Source: Balanoglossus misakiensis
Taxonomy: Eukaryota > Animalia > Hemichordata
Direction: 5' to 3'
Length of the DNA stretch: 64,000 nucleotides
Assembly: GCA_040954595.2 (NCBI GenBank)
Contig: JBECUI020000026.1
Coordinates: forward strand, 310,001-374,000
This document shows positions 54,616-64,000 of the stretch, one piece after another; position 1 is the first letter of the stretch; each line of letters begins with the position of its first letter. The notes under the pieces are model-generated. The model did no database searches. It was not told the DNA's origin and saw only the letters and a list, made by a program, of their open reading frames with translations. A program made the position numbers and the translations under genes.

Positions 54616-55015
54616 AACACCGTGAGATATATTTTCTAAATTTGAGATTGAGTGAAAATTGAATATTTTCCAAATTAAACTGTATAAAACAGTGTAATGA
54701 TATGGAAATGGAAGAATTCAACAAAGAAATAATTTAATTTCAAATATGCCTACATACTTTGCCATTTTTTTCCAGTAGAAATAATTTTTTTCCTAATTTT
54801 CAATTAAATGACTGCCACATGATCTTAGTTTTTCCATGAAAAAATATAACAATTATTTCGCTTGTCAGTGAAAATATATTTCTAGTGGTTGGAAAAAAAT
54901 AGAATAAGTCAAATCTCTGAAAATCTGTCTTTATTCAAGAACAATAAAAACAATTAGTGGGGGAAACACCAAAAAATGAACACACACACTAAAATTGACA
55001 TTTTCTATGTATTAT

Positions 55016-56598
55016 TTAGGAGGGGATAGAATTTGTTGCCGCCATTCTTGGGAGGGGAGAAATGAGGGCATATAATTTCGTGCCGTCATTTTTGGGAGGG
55101 GAGAAATGGGGGCATAGAATTTGGTGCCGCCATTCTTGCGAGGGGAGAAATGGTGGCATAGAATTTGGTGCCGCCATTCTTGGGAGGGGAGAAATGAGGG
55201 CATGGAATTTGGTGCCGCCATTCTTGGGAGGGGAGAAATGAGGGCATGGAATTTGGTGTTGTCATTTTTGAGATGGGAGAAATGGGGGCATAGAATTTGG
55301 TGCCGCCATTCTTGGGAGGGGAGAAATGAGGGCATGGAATTTGGTGCCGCCATTCTTGGGAGGGGAGAAATGGGGGCATGGAATTTGGTGCCGCCCTTCT
55401 TGGGAGGGGAGAAATGGGGGCATAGAATTTGTTGCCGCCATTCTTGGGAGGGGAGAAATGAGGGCATAGAATTTGGTGCCGCCATTCTTGGGAGGGGAGA
55501 AATGAGGGCATGGAATTTGTTGCCGCCATTCTTGGGAGGGGAGAAATGGGGGCATGGAATTTTGTGCCGCCATTCTTGGGAGGGGAGAAATGAGGGCATA
55601 GAATTTGGTACCGCCATTCTTGGGAGGGGAGAAATGAGGGCATGGAATTTGTTGCCGCCATTCTTGGGAGGGGAGAAATGGGGGCATGGAATTTTGTGCC
55701 GCCATTCTTGGGAGGGGAGAAATGAGGGCATAGAATTTGGTACCGCCATTCTTGGGAGGGGAGAAATGAGGGCATGGAATTTGGTGCCGCCATTCTTGGG
55801 AGGGGAGAAATGGGGGCATGGAATTTGGTGCCGCCATTCTTGGGAGGGGAGAAATGGGGGCATAGAATTTGTTGCCGCCATTCTTGGGAGGGGAGAAATG
55901 AGGGCATAGAATTTGGTGCCGCCATTCTTGGGAGGGGAGAAATGAGGGCATGGAATTTGTTGCCGCCATTCTTGGGAGGGGAGAAATGAGGGCATAGAAT
56001 TTGGTACCGCCATTCTTGGGAGGGGAGAAATGGGGGCATAGAATTTGTTGCCGCCATTCTTGGGAGGGGAGAAATGAGGGCATAGAATTTGGTGCCGCCA
56101 TTCTTGGGAGGGGAGAAATGAGGGCATGGAATTTGTTGCCGCCATTCTTGGGAGGGAATTTTGTGCCGCCATTCTTGGGAGGGGAGAAATGAGGGCATAG
56201 AATTTGGTACCGCCATTCTTGGGAGGGGAGAAATGAGGGCATGGAATTTGGTGCCGCCATTCTTGGGAGGGGAGAAATGGGGGCATGGAATTTGGTGCCG
56301 CCATTCTTGGGAGGGGAGAAATGGGGGCATAGAATTTGTTGCCGCCATTCTTGGGAGGGGAGAAATGAGGGCATAGAATTTGGTGTCGCCATTCTTGGGA
56401 GGGGAGAAATGAGGGCATGGAATTTGTTGCCGCCATTCTTGGGAGGGGAGAAATGGGGGCATAGAATTTGTTGGGGAGGGGAGAAATGAGGGCATAGAAT
56501 TTGTTGGGGAGGGGAGAAATGAGGGCATGGAATTTGGTGCCGCCATTCTTGGGAGGGGAGAATTGAGGGCATAGAATTTGGTGCCGTCATTTTTGGCA
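55016..56598. repeat. G-rich minisatellite, 44-bp unit, about 36 copies
   Basis: Unit gaatttggtgccgccattcttgggaggggagaaatg(a/g)gggcat(g/a), with a few internally deleted units near 56155 and 56470-56510. Confidence 0.97.
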
Positions 56599-57517
56599 AT
56601 TACTTTGAAGAAATGCTACTCTTCAAAGCTCCATTTGCTATAACTTTGTGCAATGTTTAAAGCATTTTTATGGATCTTGTGCAAGATTATTTTTCAAATT
56701 CATGAAACAGGATAAAATGCCCAGTGTCCAGCTTATTAACACAACCTATATGTATATAGTAAGCGTTGTTATTGTGTAAAATTTGAATTCAACATTACCA
56801 ATGGCTGTTGCACCGAAACAAGTTATGTTGACAAGTGGAATCCTGGGTATATAAGCATGCTGTTTTGAGTAGAGCAAGAAACTGCATTACTGGTAGGTAA
56901 ACACAACAAAAGTCGAAATTTTAAAATCTGAACACTCAATTTTTTGTTTAAAATCCCCTTTTTAATTTAACAAGTGAACAATTAAATTAGAGACAGCTTG
57001 CAGATAATATAAATGCTGTGTTAGTAAATATTAAAACAACTTTAAAACTACAGTATAAATTATAATAGGACCCAAAAATGGAAAAAAATGCTCAAAAATT
57101 TTAACAAAACTATGGTAACTCAGATCATGAAGAATGTCTTATAAGACAAAATAAATATATTGCAAATAGAAAAAACTATATATCAGGACTATATCAATCT
57201 GACCAGTGTTTGTGGAGTTTCCGAGTTTTGACCAATTACACATTTTCTCAGCTTATTTTTGGAAATGACAACTTCATTTGAACAAACTCCCATCTACAGC
57301 CTGGCCTATATCTGTACACTAAATATCAAGGTGATATGCTAAACAATTTCCATTTGTTTGATGTGGACATCCATCCATCTATCCATACATAACAGATCCA
57401 ATAATGTCCCGTTGTATAATACACATATACCAAATGGGACCTGAAATTAATACATACATATCACTGTGTAGAGTTTACACACCCCCATAATGCGTTTTCC
57501 GTGACCCCACTCTATAA

Positions 57518-60500
57518 TCAGTCTGAGTCATCTACTTGCGATGCCCCGCTCCATCCAAATCTCTTTGTAGCTGCTGAGTAGATGTTGCCGAGCTGGTCTG
57601 CGTCGGTCTCCAAACAGATGCATGGTCTTCCTAACTGTAAAGCAGCAGTAAAGGCACTACCTGCAAACATAGTTGAGAAAAAAAAGTGAAAAAGTTATCA
57701 ATCAATCATCATCACACAAGTTTTATCAGAGTGACTTTATTTCAAATTTTAACTTATTTTTCATTTTCATTGCTTTGTTACAGTACACTCTGACCACACA
57801 TTTGTTTGCTTTGAAATAAATACTTCAGTTTCTTTAACTGAGAGGATACCTGACATTCAGACATTGTTCTAATAAGTGTTTAATTAAATTTACTGTATTA
57901 TAGGGATAATAAATAGCTTCAAAATCCTAATTATGAACAATAAAAATGCATGATTTTTTGTTTGTTTTGACCTTCCTAAGACACCAAAGACATACATAAC
58001 AAAACCATAACAATAACAATTTAAGCATGATATCTTTCATTGCAATCACTTTTGAATTTCTATACAAGTACACTTTTACAGTAATGGTGCATCAGAAAAT
58101 ATTTTACAAAAACAACATTTATAAAAAATACCTTGATTTCTTGTTACGTCAAGCATCCATCTTCTTTCGGCACAGAAAACTTTGATAAGTTCTGACAGAA
58201 AATCCTCCATCTTGTCGGCCTTTTCAATAACCCAGTGGTTATGATGGGGGCCATTGCCAAAATTTGTCTGCAATCTGTTAAACACCCCTGTCTCAGACCA
58301 GTAACCAACAACAATGCCTTTCACAGAATTCCACAAGGTCCTCGAAGCTATAAGAAGTGAAAATATGGAAGAAACACATTAGTCAAACACTGGCTTCAAT
58401 ATTTGTCAATCATTACAGCAGGAACTTTGTCATATGATGATAACTTTAATACAAGTTCATTTTTGGACTGCCACTGCATGAAAACACATTGAAATTTACA
58501 ACAAATATTATAGCACTTACAAGATTTGTTGTACTGCAGGAAGTAGAATCCTTCTTCAACTTTGCAGCAGGTCTTCCTCATTATTTTCTTTACTTTTTCG
58601 ATATCTGCTACTTCGCATAGTGCAATAACATTATAATAGGGTATGCTGCAGTCCAGATTAATTGATTTAATAGTTTTTAGCTCTTCTGTGAAACTGTTTT
58701 CACACCAGTCCTGAAAGAGATAATAGAACATAGGTTGTAACTGATAATGAGACAGACACATTACACTGAATTATGAAACAATATGGAGTCCAAGACAGCA
58801 ACTGCCTATATTGAAAATGTTGGTCAGTAAAATTGAAAGTATTGCTTTAATTGTGGATTTTGACTTCTCATGTGTATATGTAATAAAATATAGGGGTTAT
58901 TGCAGTTGTTTTCAAAATACAAGGCCGCAAATATAGCCGATAATTGAAAAAAACTGAGCTATATACTGTCAAATTTTATGAAAATGATTAAGTAGAAGTT
59001 TTCTAGCTATTCTCAATGTAATTCTATGGAAAAAGATGAATGCGTACACATTTGCACAGATTTCCCGTTTATGTTTTGCACATACATCCTTAATGACATA
59101 TTTGAGAATTTAAAGTAAACTTTCCTTAATAGAGAGTTCTTCTTAATACTACAATAGACAGGTAATATATGATTCAAGTTGTGTTACACAAATTGCTATA
59201 CGGTATATTTAAACTCACCTCAGGAATGCTGGTCATCGTCAGTTCTGCACCATTAAATTCTGGACAACTTTCCCGTATTTTATCCAATGATAATGATGCT
59301 GTCTCCACATCTAGCACACAACCTCTGATGTTGTTTTCTGCTGTAAAAATGTTGTGGGCCGTAGATTCTTCAGGGACACCACCGGAGTCCAACATGTCTC
59401 GTAACTTTTTACACTCCTGCTGGAGTTCCGGTGGTGTTCCTCTGCTGAACTTCAGGCCCACAAATCTTGACAGGTATGCCCTATCTGCATAGGCTGGCAA
59501 CTTCTCCTCCAAGACGCTCCATGGCATTTGGAGTTCCTTGATGAACGCCTCCTGAACCACTTTCATCTTGCGAACGTCTTTGGCTTCTCTGTTCATTTGC
59601 TGTAAATTAGTTTTTCCATCAACAACATCTTCCAGAAATTCACAAATGGTGTTCTCGTTTAAATGCACCAGGTAACTAAAAAGGTATACTGGTATGTCCG
59701 GTTTCACCATCAGATTTTTCTTCGTAACTTTCTGACCAGCCAGTACTCCCGTTTCATAGCTCTCGAAAATTTGATCCAGTTTCACTGTAACAGTCTCAGG
59801 CTGTTTCGCCAGATTTAAAATTGTTTCCATATCTGTATCGTTCTGCAATAAATCAATAGAAGTATTATTACAAGGACAGTACACTTAACTCTGCCATATA
59901 ACAGCAAGCCTTGTTACCTACATCCAAAATTGACAAGATACAACAAGAGAGACAGTTTGGACAATGGCAACATTCATGTGTCTACACAAAGCCTTACTAA
60001 AACATTAGTTGGATCCCCCAACCACATTTAGGTAATTCTACATTTTAACAGAGAGCTTGTCTTTGGTAATATGCATGACAGAGGCCAGATAAACAATAAA
60101 TTTCAGTGGATACTGGTTGACACAGGAGAAGGACATTTGGTAAGGTGAACCATTTTCCCATAATATTTTTTTTTGTATTTTGGACTAAGGTGTCTTAGAT
60201 CTAAATCCACTTACTATGGATTTTAATTTAGTGCAACCAATCTTGGAGATAAGAACAAAATCTGTCCATGTCATTTGCTACATTGTAATATATTGGATTG
60301 CACCCCACTAATTAAACTATGATTTTTCCCAATTAAACTTACTTGTTGTAAGATGTTTTTACAGGATCTCCTCCATTCCTCGGAGGCAGATTTAACAGAT
60401 GTCAGTCTGTCCCGACATATGTGGACCTGAAATAGGAATATGAAATAAAATTAAAATAATACAAAATCTAATTCTTGCCTTAATTGCCATGTACAATTTC

Positions 60501-63500
60501 TTTGCTCTTAATTTCTATGTAAACCGGCAAAGATTATTCTTGACACAAGACATCTTTCAAAATGAAATTTTGAAAATTATGATTAAAATGGGTCCGTATT
60601 GAAAATGAAAAGATGAATAATTTTTGAAATACGTTTTTGATACTGTGTCTTAAATACAATGGAAAACCCATGAATTGACATTTCAACCCATTAATTGCTC
60701 ACTTAACTTAAATTTAAAAATAGACCAGTGTGATGTATTAGTATTTAACTCGTTATTTCCTGAAAAATCCATGGCATAAACAACTGTTGCAAATTGTGTT
60801 CACTGTTTAATTAAGTCAATCAGATCAAGCCATTTTGGACTGTAACTTACCTTTTCTTTGGTACTGAGCTTGTGGACCAAATGTTGCATATCATTGTGGC
60901 GATTTGCAAGCCACATGGACTGTTCTTCACTCAGTGAACAATATATCTTGCATTGTCTTGACTTAAATAATTGCCTATCTTTATACTTCTCAGCAAGTTG
61001 CTTCGTTGCAGTGAAATTGTGTTGACCGCCTAGGATGGTGTACTTGTATCCATTAACCTACATGACAATTGACACAAGAAATGAAATTGAGTTTAACTAG
61101 CACACGTGAGAAATCACTAATGTCGTTTGAAAATGTTTTGTTGAACTCTAATTCTGAAACTGAAAGCCATGCAATCAAGACAATTGTGGGGGTTAGCTTA
61201 GTGATATTTCATACTCACGTTATTCTTGTTGAAGTCAGTTTTCTTAATGTCCACCATAACAACATATGGGCTGTAAGACTCATCAGTAAATTTCTCCATA
61301 CTCTCAACCAGGGTCTTCACGAAAAAGTCGTCCACTTTTCTTACTTGCTTTCCCAAGTTCAGATTACAGGTGTGAATACTGAATACACCTAAAATAAATG
61401 TAAATGTAAATGTAATTAGCTTGAGTAGTTCACATCATTGAATTCTCTTGGACTTAGCCAGCTTAATACATTAACAACCAAAATTCGTACTGACTAAAAG
61501 TTTAGGCCAAATAGTCATCCTCCCCATGTACCCAAACCAAGCTAGTCTACCTCTCATGTGACATGTTCACTGAATGCATTATGCTTCATTGGTTATTTTG
61601 AGCTGTACAATCAGTTTTAGAGAAAAAAGACAAATGTTTTCTCAAATGTGCACATTTCATTACAATTCAAACACATCTTTTTAATGTTACCACAAGGAAC
61701 CTAAACACAAAATGCCAAAGCAATCATAAGCAGTTTCAAAACAAACTGATTGTTGATTAAAACAGCAGACAAATATTCATGTACAAACATAAAATGGGAG
61801 CTAAACAAAGATGTTTAGTTGCACCCACTGCTGGAAGAGTGAATGGAGCTGAAAGTACATGTATGTCTTGTAGTATGAAAGGACTGGATCATGACCCAGA
61901 TCCTCTCATGTTTAAAGGGACAAAATCTCCTTCTCTCATTGTCCATCTTCCATTAATTATGTTTGATACAAGACACATGACTGTTTATGTTATCTACATG
62001 TGGATATATAGTGAATCAACGTTCGACCACACACAACTTCCATCTCGTTTGTGGGATATGAGTGTAAAAATCTCGCCAAAATGAATAAATGGTAGAGACC
62101 GATTATTCATTTTGGCGAGTTTTTCACTCTCTTGTGTACAAGTGGTACAGAAATTGTGTGTGATCGATGGTGAGAGAGAGACTTTGTCACTTTAACATAC
62201 ATGACATTGCTTCTCAGGCTACATGTATACAAATACAGCATCCTTACCAAACAAAACAAAGTAATTCATCTTAATATCTCACCTGGTATTGCGTGATCAT
62301 TAACAATATTAGTCATTGGATCTTCTGTTGAATTCACCGAGTCTATATGACTTCTTCTTTTTTTCCTTGTCAAATCTGGAATTACTTCACCTGAAGAAGG
62401 CCTTTTTTTTCGCGATTTACCAGCCGGGAAACTGAAATTGAATTGGATGAAATAACATGAAGATCTTCTTGAAAGGACAGTGATTCAATCTCTGGTAATC
62501 AGAGTTGTGTTTGCCACCTTGGCAAATGCTGTAAACCATACACCTTAACAAAAACTGTTTCCCAAGGGTCTATGTCTCAGCCACAGCCAACTTGCTATCA
62601 AATATTGGCCCAGCATACAATGCCCAAAGTGGGCCTGATCTAGTTTTCTGTAATATTAACATACCAGTATATCATTGAATGAACTGTAATTCTACCAGAA
62701 TCAAAATTTAGTGCTGTAGCAAGTTTGCAATGTGCACTCAGATAAACTAGTCAGCTCAGAGACAGTCATATAATCATTTGATTTCTGAATGGGTTGGAAC
62801 AAATTTTTGCAAGACAGACTGGGCGTATTTGCACAATTTTCATGGGTTATAACTGTTAACAGATGACATATTTTAAACTTTGCTCCTGATTGTTTGTCAA
62901 CTGACCCAAATTACAAACAATAGCTATGTGACACCGATCGGAAAAGGTGGGCATTTTTCCCATAATTCAAATTACAGTAAACGCCATATTGGAAATTCTG
63001 CCAACTTTCCCTCGATTTTGCAAAAAATTGCGCGACTTATACATGGCGAAAATGTTTTTTTTTTTCTGAAAGAGTGACCTCAAAGCTACAACTTACAAAA
63101 ATGTAGAAATCAGCTGGACCGGATTTTCCCTTTAATGAATTGCAACTTACCGAGCATTAGAAGAAAGCTCTGGAGATACTCTGTCACCAGATGTATTCAT
63201 GGCTGAACTGGAATCACTTGAAGGCCTTTTTTTCTGTGATTTACCACCAGGGCACCTGAAAGTGAATTGGATAAAATAACATGTAAGACTTGAAAGGAAT
63301 GGGATTAAATCGTTGGTACTCAGAGCTGGAACTGTTTGCCACAAACCATACACCCTTGGCAAAACTGTTTCTCCTGAGTAAGCACATATCATGTGTCTTT
63401 TTACAGATAATGGTCATCTCTGATATAATGTTGATTATATGTGCGAGTTAACTTTGCCTATATGTAATGATGCTATGCAATCAGCAATGGTGCTTTTGCA

Positions 63501-64000
63501 TAAGATTTACAAAATTTAAGAGAGTGGATGATTTAGTAGAATTTTATTTGATTGCACATGTATTCTAACTTAGATTGTGGTTTATACAAGCTAAGTGTAC
63601 TTACGGAGAATTATCTTCTTGACAAGACGAACTTGAAGATTCTGTATCACTTGATGTATTCATGGCTGAACTGGAACAAGATGCAGATTCTATACCAACA
63701 GACTGCATGCTTATATCTGATTCATCACTTGATTCTCCTCGGGATACACTGTTTTTGTCAACAAGTTCATTAAACTTTGCTACAAAATCGACAGCCAGTT
63801 TGATGTCACGGAAGTTGCGGCAAAAGTCATTCTGATGCCATTCAAATTCTCGGCGATAGAATGTGTGTTTATAACCTTCAAAGATAAGCTGAAAAACAAA
63901 AAAAATGTTAATGAATCATGGACATTCATCTGATTTTTTGTGAGTTTACCTGTTGAGATCGCCAATTGAATACATCGAGTTTATCTCCATGGGTAAACAA
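57518..64000 (-). CDS. Spliced gene, 5' end outside window: Ser-rich/NLS linker, ParB/Srx-like domain, helical region, degenerate beta-class N6A/N4C DNA methyltransferase-like domain
   Basis: Exons, all GT-AG and phase-consistent, 2223 nt without an internal stop: 64000-63950, 63888-63605, 63255-63151, 62431-62283, 61388-61219, 61057-60851, 60426-60343, 59842-59219, 58710-58521, 58347-58132, 57660-57518 (TGA). The gene model is well supported; domain calls are by-eye motif matches. Confidence 0.88.

Noticed and set aside
54616-54640. CACCG after the breakpoint as a CACTA/CMC transposon terminus
   Set aside because: No matching opposite end or TSD within the window; too short to support.
55012-56599. 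445-486 aa ORFs in three minus-strand frames
   Set aside because: They are translations of the 44-bp minisatellite (44-aa period equals 3 units), with no independent coding evidence.
59174-59884. Stand-alone 236-aa gene
   Set aside because: It is an internal 624-nt exon (59842-59219) of the spliced ParB-MTase-like gene.
57518-64000. Bacterial contamination as the source of the ParB-MTase-like sequence
   Set aside because: It has ten canonical spliceosomal introns, one containing a repeat shared with introns of the neighbouring animal gene.

Overview
AT-rich, intron-containing animal DNA; the repeat landscape suggests a marine invertebrate deuterostome, which is an inference. Two spliced genes can be rebuilt exon by exon. 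(1) Plus strand 25631-34739, 15 exons, about 860 aa visible: the 3' part of an SVEP1/Uninflatable-like type-I membrane protein (pentraxin, EGF, HYR, sushi, furin site, ephrin-receptor-like Cys repeats, EGF, TM, NPxY tail). One splice acceptor reads AT instead of AG and no 5' exons are visible. (2) Minus strand, from beyond 64000 to 57518, 11 phase-consistent exons, 740 aa visible: a protein fusing a ParB/Srx-like domain to a degenerate beta-class N6A/N4C DNA-methyltransferase fold behind a Ser-rich linker with NLS-like motifs. This prokaryote/phage-type architecture in an intron-containing animal gene is the best novelty candidate. Most of the remainder is a giant nested inverted-repeat system: arm 1-5577 (fuller copy 43684-53145) pairs with 11914-22250, and each arm is itself a degenerate palindrome around a conserved core. 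Bases 1-7048 are repeated almost perfectly at 47573-54615, ending at a CCTTA-atg-TAAGG head-to-head junction. Also present: 86-bp and 44-bp satellites, many MITEs and HINE-like elements that can be dated by arm-to-arm comparison, TACATGTA footprints, an orphan pentraxin exon and a LINE RT fragment.
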